A DNA stretch of 64,000 nucleotides from a virus, in the IMG/VR virus record IMGVR_UViG_3300023084_000004; one strand, given 5' to 3'. A program made the translations under genes and the position numbers. Positions 1-9,823 of this stretch are shown here, in pieces (position 1 is the stretch's first letter; each line of letters opens with the position of its first letter). Below the pieces are notes generated by a model. The model was not told the DNA's origin. It did no database searches and saw only the letters and a list, made by a program, of their open reading frames with translations.

Positions 1-720
1 ATGTAAATGAGATAATACTAAACTATTATTCTCATTCATCAATCCTGAAGTAACTCTAGCAATAGAGTCCTTCGCAATCTTAAAACCAACAGTTGAACCG
101 CTGACACTAGTTGCTCCAAATCCGTTTTCTGAATACATATAGTATTCATTTTTTACTTTCTTGACTGGAGCACCTGAATGCTTGTCTTTAACTTTCTTAT
201 CCATTTCTCGGATAAGTTTGAGCTTACGAGGATCACAATAACGTAATTCTTGTATGCCACCTTTTAAGTTCTCTGGATCGATGACGATATGATAGTTCAA
301 TCTACCATCGATATAGAACTTATAAAACATATCATAACCTTGGTTAGAAATATCTAATAAGGTTAAGATATTATGAAATTCATCAACAATTTTATCTTTA
401 ACTTTGTCTGGTAAATCTGTTTCTCCCAGACTAATGTCAACTACACTTTCATCTAATTCAATTGAAATGGCTTCGTTAACAATATCATCAACAGCTTGTG
501 CAATTTCTGGTTGCAATGCCATCTGTCTGTACTTAGTGATAAGTTCAGATTCCGACTTAGCGGAACCTTCCATATCAAGTAAAGTACTATAAAAACCACC
601 GAGCGAATTACCACTAACGGTAATCGCCCCATCATCGTTTTGAGGTTCGACAAACGAAAGAGCTCTTTCATCTACTTTTTCGTCTTCTGGCCTCTTTATT
701 TCAAAGCCAAATATTTTCAT
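1..720 (-). CDS. gp20: Portal protein gp20, N-terminal part (runs off the window edge)
   Basis: Not in ORF track. My translation from ATG at 720 is open to position 1: MKIFGFEIKRPEDEK...ELITKYRQMALQPEIAQAVDDIVNEAI...FYIDGRLNYHIVID...ELRYCDPRKLKLIRE...SLVLSHLH; T4-type portal motifs; follows gp19. Confidence 0.95.
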   Translation of the reverse strand, partial: MKIFGFEIKRPEDEKVDERALSFVEPQNDDGAITVSGNSLGGFYSTLLDMEGSAKSESELITKYRQMALQPEIAQAVDDIVNEAISIELDESVVDISLGETDLPDKVKDKIVDEFHNILTLLDISNQGYDMFYKFYIDGRLNYHIVIDPENLKGGIQELRYCDPRKLKLIREMDKKVKDKHSGAPVKKVKNEYYMYSENGFGATSVSGSTVGFKIAKDSIARVTSGLMNENNSLVLSHLH

Positions 721-736
721 TCTATATACCTATAAA

Positions 737-1270
737 TTATGTAGTTGGAATTCCAGTTGTTCCTTCAACTCTCCAGAAGTCGTATTGGAACGTAACTGTA
801 AATTCTTCAATTGTATCTGTTGTACCCCAATCCATTTGGATTTGATCAATAGTCACTGGGTACAATCCTTCAAACACATAAGATCTAATTGCGTCTCCGT
901 CTTTACTATATTGTGTAATTAAACCATTTGATTTATAATCAGCTGGAAGTGATCTTAAATTGCCATCATGTGTATTAATAGCGTTTGACCAAGCTTCCAT
1001 AGCGTTTCTAACGAGGAAATCTTCATCGTTAATAACTGTTACTGTCCAATCTTCAAACGTCCTGTCTCCGGCATACTTAACCTGACGGCCAAAATATGGT
1101 GCTGTAAAAGAACCCAATGAAGAGCCGGGGATACCCGCGGCTCTTACCATGAAAGGAACTTTAAAGTCGGCTTCAGGAGCAACAGGGTTTAAGATTTGAA
1201 CCTGGAAAAGAGTTGGACGAGCGCCACCACCAACAAGTTGGGATTTGAACTCGTTAATATTAAATGCCAT
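737..1270 (-). CDS. gp19: Tail tube protein gp19
   Basis: GGARPTLF, PYFGRQVKYAGDRTFEDWTVTVINDEDF and EEFTVTFQYDFW motifs; between sheath and portal. Confidence 0.95.
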   Translation of the reverse strand: MAFNINEFKSQLVGGGARPTLFQVQILNPVAPEADFKVPFMVRAAGIPGSSLGSFTAPYFGRQVKYAGDRTFEDWTVTVINDEDFLVRNAMEAWSNAINTHDGNLRSLPADYKSNGLITQYSKDGDAIRSYVFEGLYPVTIDQIQMDWGTTDTIEEFTVTFQYDFWRVEGTTGIPTT

Positions 1271-1295
1271 GTTCGTGTTCTCCTATTTTCTTAAT

Positions 1296-1303
1296 TATTT
1301 ATT
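1296..1303 (-). promoter_or_regulatory. Late promoter variant AATAAATA upstream of gp19
   Basis: ATAAATA core overlapping the gp18 stop, followed by GGAG SD and the gp19 ATG. Confidence 0.6.
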
Positions 1304-3224
1304 AACCAATTGAGCCAACAATTTCTTCAAATTCAACACCACTTCTTGTTGCAACAAATGTTAATTCAATAACATTTATGCTTCTAGCAGGCTTGATAAA
1401 GATATTTGCTCTAAATTTACCAGCATCCACGATTTCAGGAGTGTTTACTGTTGTATCAGATACTACTCTAAAGTCGATAATACCACGTCTACCTTGAATT
1501 TCTCTCAAGAATGGTTCAACAATATTTTTGAACTGAGTTTGTGAGAATTCATCGTTGAGTTCGAATAAGAAAGATTGAGCTGCGTTAGCAATTGCTTTTT
1601 CAACCGCAATAAAGAGTCTTCTTACATTGATTCTGTCAAATGCACTTGGTAAACCAAGACCTGTCTTATCACCAAATAGTACAATTCCTTGTCCTACTTG
1701 ACTCATTACAGGGTTAACATCTGAAGAGTATAATTGATCTCTTTGTGTTTTATTAGGATTAAAAGCAAGTTTTACAACATTCTTAATTACACCTTTACGG
1801 AAACCAGCTGGTGATTCAAAAGGTTCAACTCTTGAAGCAAGACCTGCTGTATCTCCATTTAATGGAACATAACGGTATGTATCGTTGTACTTATCGTATC
1901 TGTATTTGTATCCACTATCCATAAACCAGTATGAAGAGTTTTGTAATTTGTTACGATATGCAATGACGTTGTTAAGTTTTGCATTTGTTTTATTTTCGTC
2001 TACTACATCAGCTTTAGAAGGTGAAATAAATGCTACTGCATCTTTTCTGTAATCTGCGATATTAGAAATGATGTAGTTAGCAAGCGTTCCGGCTTGGTCA
2101 CCCTTACCTTGAAGTACGAATGAAACATCGATTTCATTTGCAGATTTGAAAAGATCATATCCTGCAGCAAGAGGTCCTAATGCAACACTTGATTCTGATG
2201 TACCATCAGTACCATTTTCAAGTGTTTCATATGAACTGTTTGAACCAACTGCTTCAAAATGTGTAGTATTTGCAACTTCAACCCATGAAGAGCCATTGCG
2301 TATTACGTCTACGTAGTAATTTGTTGTTCCGTCTGATAGTTTTGCTGTGGATGTTGTTGAAACGTCTGTATAAAGTTCCAATGCAGTTCCAGCTTGACCA
2401 GAGATTGTACCATCGTTATCAATTACAGCAATGTGATAGTTTCCACTTTGCGGTGCTCTACCAAACCAACTTGAATATTTCCACTTTCTATTAATAGAAA
2501 GTTTATTAAGATCAGTTTCTGCTAATCTCCAAGATGAACCAAACCCAATTGCGTAATCATACGCAGTTAATGTTTGTGTATTTGCAGTTTCATCGCCGGC
2601 TGAATCTCTCATTGTTTCACTAAATGAACTTACTTCGAGCTCTTGGTAACCTACTGAATCGTTTCCAATTACTAGAATATCACCAACTTCAACGGTTCCA
2701 GGAGCAATTCTATTTGCTGGAGCTACTTCAAAGTCAACTGTTGTGTCGTTGAATTCTAATGTTTGCTGAATTTGTGTGTTACCTGTTAATTGAGAAGATG
2801 TAATGTCACCGACATCAAGAAGGTCATTTGAGAAGCTTGATTCCTTAACATAAGCAACATCGATTGAGTTACCTAGTGCACCAGGATATAAGGCGTCAAA
2901 AGCACCAAAAGTGTGCAATTGTGTATTTGCACTTGATGTATCAGATGCAGATGCCTTTACAGCACCATTATCTACTCTAGCCACGTAAAGAGCATTTGCA
3001 TAAGAAAGGTAGTCTGCTGCTACAAAAAATGTTTCGTAATTGTCATCGCTGGGTTTGCCGAAGCGATTTACTAATCCATTTTCTGAAGAAATAAGAACTG
3101 CCTCGCCTACAGGACCCCATCTAAAAACACCCGCAATTGCAGCAGGTGGTGTTGCGATGGCTGGTACCGCTGCTGATGCGTCCACTTCGCGAACTATTAC
3201 GGAAGGACTTACGGAAAAAGCCAT
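1302..3224 (-). CDS. gp18: Tail sheath protein gp18
   Basis: SPSVIVREVD N-terminus, AGVFRWGPV, FESPAGFRKG, FDRINVRRLF, FIKPARSINVIELTFVATRSGVEFEE C-terminus. Confidence 0.96.
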   Translation of the reverse strand: MAFSVSPSVIVREVDASAAVPAIATPPAAIAGVFRWGPVGEAVLISSENGLVNRFGKPSDDNYETFFVAADYLSYANALYVARVDNGAVKASASDTSSANTQLHTFGAFDALYPGALGNSIDVAYVKESSFSNDLLDVGDITSSQLTGNTQIQQTLEFNDTTVDFEVAPANRIAPGTVEVGDILVIGNDSVGYQELEVSSFSETMRDSAGDETANTQTLTAYDYAIGFGSSWRLAETDLNKLSINRKWKYSSWFGRAPQSGNYHIAVIDNDGTISGQAGTALELYTDVSTTSTAKLSDGTTNYYVDVIRNGSSWVEVANTTHFEAVGSNSSYETLENGTDGTSESSVALGPLAAGYDLFKSANEIDVSFVLQGKGDQAGTLANYIISNIADYRKDAVAFISPSKADVVDENKTNAKLNNVIAYRNKLQNSSYWFMDSGYKYRYDKYNDTYRYVPLNGDTAGLASRVEPFESPAGFRKGVIKNVVKLAFNPNKTQRDQLYSSDVNPVMSQVGQGIVLFGDKTGLGLPSAFDRINVRRLFIAVEKAIANAAQSFLFELNDEFSQTQFKNIVEPFLREIQGRRGIIDFRVVSDTTVNTPEIVDAGKFRANIFIKPARSINVIELTFVATRSGVEFEEIVGSIG

Positions 3225-3285
3225 ATTATTCTCCTTTAATATTATCTATTTAAAAAACCTAGTCTAATTTTAGTTATCACTGATT

Positions 3286-3293
3286 TATTTATA
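3286..3293 (-). promoter_or_regulatory. T4-type late promoter TATAAATA
   Basis: Exact T4 sigma-gp55 consensus in the gp17-gp18 intergenic region. Confidence 0.8.
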
Positions 3294-3305
3294 AAATGAA
3301 TGAAT

Positions 3306-4913
3306 TTAAATTTCCCATTCATCTTGAATTGCCTCGAATCCGTCTCGATCTACCATTGGACTGCCATCATCTATAAAGCCGAACGGTAATAATTCTTCTT
3401 CAATTTGTTCTTCAGTTTTCTGACGAAGCTTTAACAATGTATTTATGTCTGTAAGGTCTTTAAAAAAAGTTTGATCTGATAACCATGAAAAAATGACTAG
3501 GTTCATAACCAAATCATCATGAGAGCCAGATTCTGCTTCATATGAAGAGCCTTTTTTACTAAATCGTGATAACTCTTGTATTGTATTATAGTCTTGTACT
3601 ATAAGTTGATTCTGTTCAATCAACATTTTTAATATTGTACAACCAATAGATTTAACACTTTTAGTTGTACGTATTCCATTATCTACTCTTTTTCCAAATC
3701 CTGCCGAAATTCTTTTCCCAGATCTTCCTGCATTTTCGGTATAAAGAAGATTCTCATAACCATAGTCCATCAAGAGAACGTCTGATACTTGTTCACCAAT
3801 ATCATTAATTTCAATCAGAACAGCACTCTCATTGTACATTAATCCTATTCTATATATAATAGAAGCAAAATCTACTGGTGCAACCATATTATCTCTATAA
3901 ACACAAACTTGTTTATAAGGCATTTGTGTTACATCAATTACACAAAAGGTACTATAATCTAGACCTTTTCCTCTCGAAACATCAACAGTCATTACATAAG
4001 AATGGCCTTCTTGTGCGTTTTCATATTGAGATAACCCACTTTGTTCTGCTATAGGCCTTGAATATGCTAATTCTTTAAGTTTTGAACCATCAATAAGAGT
4101 ACCAGAACTTCCTAAGAATTGACAACAATATTCTTGTCTAAACTTTTCTTCATCATAATCTAATGCTTCAAGAGTTTCTTGCTTCCATTTATCATCTCTA
4201 CCTGGAACATCATTCCACATTACTTCAACATATTGATAACCATTTGTTCCTTCGCGCGCACCTTTGCAAGTTTTCCAAAAATGATTTAAACCATTTGGTG
4301 TTGAAGTCATTAATAACTTTGTGCTTTCACCTGCTGATATTGTTGGATATACTGAAGCAAAGAATTCATCAAATCCTTCAATAAATGCAACCTCATCAAG
4401 ATATAGGAACGAAATAGATTTACCACGAATTGCCGATGATGTTGTTGTACCTGCATATATTTTACAGCCATTTTCTAATGTGATATTACCTTTATTCCAT
4501 TCTTCAATACCTTGTTGCATCCATTTAGGTAAAGCTTCATAAGCAAGTTGTACTCTACTTAATACTTCTCTTGCTGCATCTCCTTTATTAGCAAGGATAG
4601 CAACTGTTTTAAACTCGTTAAAAAGTATATAATGAAGAATAACTGCAACAGCTGTAGTTGTCTTACCGCTTTGTCTAGCAGTTAATACAGCAACGCGTCT
4701 ATTATGAGTAATTTTTTCTGTAATTTCTTTTTGATAATCATACATTTCAAAAGGAACAAATCCTTTATCAACATGTACGATTTTAATATAATTTTCTGCG
4801 AAATATATTGGGTCTTCTGCACATTTCATATACTCTTTAATTTGCTCAGGAGTATATTCTATTTGCTCATTGGACCTTTTAAGGTAGGTATTACCTAAGT
4901 ATCCAACTGGCAT
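3306..4913 (-). CDS. gp17: Terminase large subunit gp17
   Basis: Walker A ARQSGKTT, Walker B LYLDEVAF, TSTPNG motif, nuclease domain VDVSRG...HDDLVM; uninterrupted. Confidence 0.97.
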   Translation of the reverse strand: MPVGYLGNTYLKRSNEQIEYTPEQIKEYMKCAEDPIYFAENYIKIVHVDKGFVPFEMYDYQKEITEKITHNRRVAVLTARQSGKTTTAVAVILHYILFNEFKTVAILANKGDAAREVLSRVQLAYEALPKWMQQGIEEWNKGNITLENGCKIYAGTTTSSAIRGKSISFLYLDEVAFIEGFDEFFASVYPTISAGESTKLLMTSTPNGLNHFWKTCKGAREGTNGYQYVEVMWNDVPGRDDKWKQETLEALDYDEEKFRQEYCCQFLGSSGTLIDGSKLKELAYSRPIAEQSGLSQYENAQEGHSYVMTVDVSRGKGLDYSTFCVIDVTQMPYKQVCVYRDNMVAPVDFASIIYRIGLMYNESAVLIEINDIGEQVSDVLLMDYGYENLLYTENAGRSGKRISAGFGKRVDNGIRTTKSVKSIGCTILKMLIEQNQLIVQDYNTIQELSRFSKKGSSYEAESGSHDDLVMNLVIFSWLSDQTFFKDLTDINTLLKLRQKTEEQIEEELLPFGFIDDGSPMVDRDGFEAIQDEWEI

Positions 4914-5380
4914 TATTCGTTTCCGTCTTTAATCATTTTCAATAAATCTGCAGTTGAGACAATAAGGTTATTATTAGTAACGTTTTGTGTTGTTGTTTGT
5001 TCTTCTTTTGCGTATCTTTTCTTTGTTGACATTTCAACATAATCTTTGTTTGCATCTAAGAGTGTTTTCATAAGAGTAGATACAACTTCAAAAGCTCTTG
5101 GTGATTCAGATTGTTTTGCAATTTCAACCATTTCTTTTACAGCATCATCACCTAAATTAATTATATTTTCAATATTTGCTTTTGCTAATTCAATATCTTT
5201 TAAATTTTCTTCAGCATTTTTATCATCAGATTGTATTGCAGGTAAAGTCTCTTGTCTTATAACTGGTAAGTCAGGTTGTTCTTCTTCAAGAGTTGCTTCA
5301 AATTCAGCCCTTAAATCTTCTTTAGCTTCATCAATAGGTCTCATATTAAGAGTCTCTGCAATTTTATTTTCTTTAGCCAT
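4913..5380 (-). CDS. gp16: Terminase small subunit gp16
   Basis: ESPRAFEVVSTLMKTLLDAN and NNNLIVSTADLLKMI motifs; TAATG overlap with gp17. Confidence 0.88.
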   Translation of the reverse strand: MAKENKIAETLNMRPIDEAKEDLRAEFEATLEEEQPDLPVIRQETLPAIQSDDKNAEENLKDIELAKANIENIINLGDDAVKEMVEIAKQSESPRAFEVVSTLMKTLLDANKDYVEMSTKKRYAKEEQTTTQNVTNNNLIVSTADLLKMIKDGNE

Positions 5381-5786
5381 TTTTTTCTATTACTCTTTTT
5401 CTTAAGCCACTACTACTAAATCTATGATCTCTTTTATTAAAATACAAATCGATATCTCGTTTACGACAAATATCTTTTCCTGTGAAATCTTTATCACGAT
5501 ATTCTTCTCCTAATATACGAACATGAATTGTATATAGTTCTAAAATATCTTCAAGATCTCTTTCAGTAGCATAAGGTATAATTTCATCAACATAACTTAC
5601 TGCTTTTAATTGCGTATATCTTTCTACAACTGTTTGAATGGGTGAATTTTTTTCTGGCCTATCAACACTTGGATCGATTTGTAATGCGCATATTAAATAA
5701 TCACATTCTGTTTTAGCATCTCTTAACATCTGTACATGACCTGCGTGTAATAGATCAAATGTACTTGCGGTTAACCCTACTTTCAT
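5373..5786 (-). CDS. Cytidylyltransferase, glycerol-3-phosphate cytidylyltransferase (TagD)-like
   Basis: TFDLLHAGH (HxGH) motif, ERYTQLKAVSYVDEIIPY, C-terminal RDHRFSSSGLR. Confidence 0.85.
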   Translation of the reverse strand: MKVGLTASTFDLLHAGHVQMLRDAKTECDYLICALQIDPSVDRPEKNSPIQTVVERYTQLKAVSYVDEIIPYATERDLEDILELYTIHVRILGEEYRDKDFTGKDICRKRDIDLYFNKRDHRFSSSGLRKRVIEKNG

Positions 5787-5815
5787 AATATATCTCCATA
5801 ATTAAATAACCTAAT

Positions 5816-5844
5816 ATTATAACATACTTTTTACAGAATGTCAA
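5816..5844 (-). promoter_or_regulatory. Sigma70-type promoter TTGACA-N17-TATAAT with extended -10 (TG)
   Basis: -35 TTGACA at 5844-5839 (overlaps the gp15 TGA stop), 17-nt spacer, -10 TATAAT at 5821-5816, downstream GGAG SD. Confidence 0.85.
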
Positions 5845-6659
5845 CTAGAAGGTGCTGTATTTGCGATTTGATCGGCATAATCCCAATCGTCATCAAAATC
5901 AATTAAACTAAAATCAACAGATAAATCAGGATCTGTTGTCGGTTCATTATTAGCAGTCATACCTGGCTGCAATGTGTAAAATTCTTCTGGTGTTGTATTT
6001 GAAGTAATATCAGTATGATAACGAGTATCGATAAATTTAATAATACCTTTTTCTTTTTCTGGTCCAAAGAACCAGCCTTTCATAGTAAAGGTTAAAGTAT
6101 ATAATATACTACGTCTTTCATCAAAAGAACCTTCGTAGATGTCCTCCATAGATACACCATTTAACACTAATGGAATATCTATAGGATCTAACCCATCAAT
6201 AATTCTAGCTGTTCTAGTGTAATCTGGATTAAAGAATGGAATAATCTGTTCTAATAATTTAACTGCATCTTCTTGATATTTTGTCATAATATAAAGAGAA
6301 AATTCCATGTTGTATGGAACACCTGCATAATGAAATTTACGACCACTTACGTCATTAGATACAGTATTTTTTCTTATTTTTGTAATCGGTGAAATTTTAC
6401 GGTCAGCATCATAACTCATACTATTCATTTCAAAAGACATGCGAGGTAATTGAATTGCTGCTTTTGCTTTAAAATCTGGATTTTGTTCTAGTCTTGCAAG
6501 AATCTTTTGAAATGGTGCATAAGAAATAGGCACAATCATTTCTTGTTGAGTAATGTTACCATTATCAACTCTTAAAACTTTTAACTGATTAAAATATGTA
6601 CCAAATAATGCTACATATTTTCTTAGTGTTGCGTTATAAAAATAATTTGCAATTGCCAT
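5841..6659 (-). CDS. gp15: Tail sheath stabiliser/terminator gp15
   Basis: YFYNATLRKYVALFGTYFN, VPISYAPFQKILARL, LPRMSFEM, VPYNMEFSLYIMTK; follows gp14. Confidence 0.92.
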   Translation of the reverse strand: MAIANYFYNATLRKYVALFGTYFNQLKVLRVDNGNITQQEMIVPISYAPFQKILARLEQNPDFKAKAAIQLPRMSFEMNSMSYDADRKISPITKIRKNTVSNDVSGRKFHYAGVPYNMEFSLYIMTKYQEDAVKLLEQIIPFFNPDYTRTARIIDGLDPIDIPLVLNGVSMEDIYEGSFDERRSILYTLTFTMKGWFFGPEKEKGIIKFIDTRYHTDITSNTTPEEFYTLQPGMTANNEPTTDPDLSVDFSLIDFDDDWDYADQIANTAPSS

Positions 6660-7348
6660 TATGTGTCGCTAATATTAATGTTTTCAGTAAATGGATCACT
6701 TTCTGAAAAATCAAGAATATTATCTCCTTCTGTTTCGAATGTATAGTTTCTCGCTAATGCATCACTACCATCAGCTTCTGTATTTGCAAGTGCTTGAAGT
6801 GTTGTTGTTTGAGTGGTATCAATTGAATCAAAGTAATTATCAATATTCTCATAGCCGGTAGCAAACCTTTGACCCGTATATTCTATTAATTCACAACGAA
6901 CATCATATACTTGTAATGCACCACTTTGATAGAATACACTTTCATGTTCTGTAAATTTAATTTCAAACATCTTCTCATTTAATGGGAAGTAAATTAAATC
7001 ACCTTCACGAGGTCTTATAAGAGTTTCTACTTCACGAGTAACGTAGCGTTCGAATGTTCTGTTTGCTATTGAAAATGTAACTTGGTCTCTGATTTGTAGA
7101 CCAAATTTAGATAGGAAATCGCCTTCACCTTCAAATCCATCAACGGTTTTAACATAAGCTTCAAATTGAAATACGGTATCGTATAAAGGAAGATCATCTT
7201 CATTAAATACTTTATCAATTGCACCATGTGAACGGCTGACGTATATAACGTCAACACCATACATTTTAATGCTTTCAATTACAAGATCATCAATAAGTTG
7301 TTGCTCATTGAAGTTATCGTAATTTCTGAAGAATACATTTGTTGCCAT
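6659..7348 (-). CDS. gp14: Neck protein gp14
   Basis: EQQLIDDLVIESIKMYGVDVIYVSR, FLSKFGLQIRDQVTF, PREGDLIYFP. Confidence 0.93.
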   Translation of the reverse strand: MATNVFFRNYDNFNEQQLIDDLVIESIKMYGVDVIYVSRSHGAIDKVFNEDDLPLYDTVFQFEAYVKTVDGFEGEGDFLSKFGLQIRDQVTFSIANRTFERYVTREVETLIRPREGDLIYFPLNEKMFEIKFTEHESVFYQSGALQVYDVRCELIEYTGQRFATGYENIDNYFDSIDTTQTTTLQALANTEADGSDALARNYTFETEGDNILDFSESDPFTENINISDT

Positions 7349-7355
7349 TTAAACA

Positions 7356-8099
7356 TTACCCAATAAAGTTATAGGTGAGAGGCTGATAAGCTCGTATCGC
7401 TTCTTCTTCCATATTTCTTCTTTCTTCGCGTGCTTCTGATAGAATTTGTTCTCCATTAAATGATACACCGCCAACTAATTGCATGTTGGTAAATTTAGTT
7501 AAGTTAAGTCCCCATTGCTCTCTTACTAAAACAGTTGCATAGTTTTGCAACCATCTGTCTCCCCAAACATCTGAGTAAGTAGATGGGTCAATAACATCAT
7601 ATGCTTCAATGATAATATATTCACCAGGAGTTAAAAACTCTTTTTCAACATCTATATAAAGACGATTAACATGTTTATTATATCTTATCATTGGTTTTCC
7701 TACAAGAATTTCTTGTAAGAATTGAAGATGGCTCATTGCCATATAATAGTTTTGAACATTATAGCCTGTAATATCTTGAATGTTATTTAATACAAACTGA
7801 TATTGAACATTAAAAATGCCTGAGCCTGTAGAAAGGTTTGTTGTAAGAGGAAAAATACCAGAAATACCTAACAATCCATCGGGCAAAGAAATGTATCCGT
7901 TATTCTTATCGTCTTCAGTAATTTGGTGTTTTAAATAAACGAGTTGACTTCCATTATAATGATAATCTCTCCAAAAAGAAACAGCTTCGTCTATACGATC
8001 TTCAACCTGTTCATCTGACACGTTTACTTCAATAACGGGCGCACCGATTTTTCGGAGGATATAATCCTTGAAAAGTTCTCTTGAATTCGGTATTGACAT
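7356..8099 (-). CDS. gp13: Neck protein gp13
   Basis: YILRKIGAPVIEVNVSDEQVEDRIDEA, WLQNYATVLVREQWGLNLTKF, GGVSFNGEQI. Confidence 0.93.
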   Translation of the reverse strand: MSIPNSRELFKDYILRKIGAPVIEVNVSDEQVEDRIDEAVSFWRDYHYNGSQLVYLKHQITEDDKNNGYISLPDGLLGISGIFPLTTNLSTGSGIFNVQYQFVLNNIQDITGYNVQNYYMAMSHLQFLQEILVGKPMIRYNKHVNRLYIDVEKEFLTPGEYIIIEAYDVIDPSTYSDVWGDRWLQNYATVLVREQWGLNLTKFTNMQLVGGVSFNGEQILSEAREERRNMEEEAIRAYQPLTYNFIG

Positions 8100-8126
8100 G
8101 TTATTCTATTTCCATTAATTTATTAA

Positions 8127-8134
8127 TATTTATT
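8127..8134 (-). promoter_or_regulatory. Late promoter variant AATAAATA upstream of gp13
   Basis: ATAAATA core in the short intergenic region. Confidence 0.55.
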
Positions 8135-8147
8135 TTAATTATCTGCT

Positions 8148-8816
8148 TTATGGTGAATCAGCCTCAGAGTCTAAGTCTACTCTAATTTGCCATAATTTTG
8201 TATCATCATATCCAGATACACGACCCCAAAATTCAACAACCCATGTAATATTATTTCCAGACATAGCACCGGAACCTGCAGCAGCTTGGTTTGCAAACTC
8301 AACAGTAATGTTATCTCCTGTATTATTTGTTGCTAACCAAGTATCATTCACATAACTATTCTCAAATGTTACAGAAGAACTGTTACTTCCGTATTGCTGT
8401 AGTGTAGACTGAGAATATTTCATCTTAATATGAGTTGGTGTATAAGCGCTTTGAAGAATTTGCCAAACATCATCTGCACTATCAAATGCGCTAGTTGTTA
8501 AATTTGTATAAGAACCACCTACTGCATATTTTCTTGAGTAGCTACTAGTTACATCACCATTTGTTGTAAGAGCTGATCTACGTGCCTGTATTTCCATTCC
8601 ACTTGCAAGTCTCATAAATTTAAGTTCGATTCCGCATGCTGATAAAGATGATGCTCCAGACGAAAAAGAAAAAGCAGCACTATCAAGTCCAAGCCCATCA
8701 TCAGAATTTTGGACATATTCAATTGCTGATCCAGTTGGAATAGGATTACCTGAAGTTCCGCCTGTTCCACCAGTTACTGTTAATCCTGAAGCTGTGTTAT
8801 AAGTATGTGTTGCCAT
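8148..8816 (-). CDS. Putative virion structural protein (S/T/G-rich, beta-rich)
   Basis: Start moved from 8834 to the ATG at 8816, which overlaps the upstream stop (TAATG); composition and context of a virion appendage. Confidence 0.65.
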   Translation of the reverse strand: MATHTYNTASGLTVTGGTGGTSGNPIPTGSAIEYVQNSDDGLGLDSAAFSFSSGASSLSACGIELKFMRLASGMEIQARRSALTTNGDVTSSYSRKYAVGGSYTNLTTSAFDSADDVWQILQSAYTPTHIKMKYSQSTLQQYGSNSSSVTFENSYVNDTWLATNNTGDNITVEFANQAAAGSGAMSGNNITWVVEFWGRVSGYDDTKLWQIRVDLDSEADSP

Positions 8817-9649
8817 TATGCTGTTCCTTCCCATTCACATTGATAATAACCAGTGGCAAGTATATTTGAACCACCAGAATCAGAAGCAATTTCTACTTTC
8901 ATTGTTCCAGACTCGTTTCCGTATGAACTGATATCTCTCGCGTCTCTATATCTAAATGTTCTCGTTGTTGTTAGTGCTATCCAAGCATTTAATGTAGCAC
9001 TATCACCAGTGCTTAAATTGTTACCAGCAAAATTACTGACTCGAATATAATATGTGGTACTAGGTGTTGTGTTAACCCACGTTGATGTAGAATATAAGTA
9101 TGTTCCAGCACCACTTACATTATAAATGTTTTCATATTTGTAAATATTGCCGTTAGAATCAAAAGTCCAACCCATAACAAGATCGTCAAGTCCACCACTC
9201 TGGTCAAAGAAACTTATAGGTGTACCTGTGGTACCTTCTAATGAAACTGTTTCTGATGGAGGGCCACCACTTGTTGCCGTAAACCCAACAGCGTTTGCTC
9301 TTATTTCAGATGCAGAAACACAAGTTGCATAAACTTGCCAATGCTGATAATTACCCCATGTAGGTTCTGTATTGCTTACCCAATTCCAAGAAGCAGGAAA
9401 AGTTGGTGTATAATAATTTGTAGATGTATCTAATAAGAGAGTTGCTGTTCTGCCGGCGGCCATACCAGATTCTGTAAATGTGGTTGCTGCAGCTAAAGTA
9501 CACGACATCATAGGTGTAGTAAAATTGACATTATCAGTTATTGCTATAGGAGATGAACGAAGATTCGTAAAATAACCAGTAGCATCGGTAATGTTTTTTA
9601 ATTTTCTATTATCATCTACTACAATTGTTGAACTAATTTTAATTGCCAT
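8816..9649 (-). CDS. Putative structural protein, paralogue family member 3 (MAIK- N-terminal domain plus beta-rich C-terminal domain)
   Basis: Shares a ~125-aa N-terminal domain (LLLDTST..YTPTFP...W.V..TC) with 9824..10222 and 10233..11177. Confidence 0.7.
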   Translation of the reverse strand: MAIKISSTIVVDDNRKLKNITDATGYFTNLRSSPIAITDNVNFTTPMMSCTLAAATTFTESGMAAGRTATLLLDTSTNYYTPTFPASWNWVSNTEPTWGNYQHWQVYATCVSASEIRANAVGFTATSGGPPSETVSLEGTTGTPISFFDQSGGLDDLVMGWTFDSNGNIYKYENIYNVSGAGTYLYSTSTWVNTTPSTTYYIRVSNFAGNNLSTGDSATLNAWIALTTTRTFRYRDARDISSYGNESGTMKVEIASDSGGSNILATGYYQCEWEGTA

Positions 9650-9822
9650 TATGATTCACCCAACGTTATTAGACCTTTTACTTTGAGAATTTGTCTTTTT
9701 ATTTGTTCTTTTTGCTCTTGTGGATCGTCATGTTCTGGTATAGTATACCATACTTCCACTTCATTATTACTTGAATCTTTTTGACAAATACATATTTGTA
9801 TATTTTTTCCTGTTTTTGCCAT
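9649..9822 (-). CDS. Small hypothetical protein, 57 aa (below the ORF-track cutoff)
   Basis: MAKTGKNIQICICQKDSSNNEVEVWYTIPEHDDPQEQKEQIKRQILKVKGLITLGES; starts 1 nt after the upstream stop, and its TAA overlaps the next ATG. Confidence 0.7.
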   Translation of the reverse strand: MAKTGKNIQICICQKDSSNNEVEVWYTIPEHDDPQEQKEQIKRQILKVKGLITLGES

Positions 9823-9823
9823 C

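Noticed and set aside
3306-4913. Intron or intein in the terminase
   Set aside because: gp17 is a continuous 535-aa ORF with ATPase and nuclease motifs and no insertion
404-5405. Short + strand ORFs (404, 2270, 3040, 4163, 4321, 4704, 5046)
   Set aside because: Antisense to conserved gp16-gp20 genes, with no motifs
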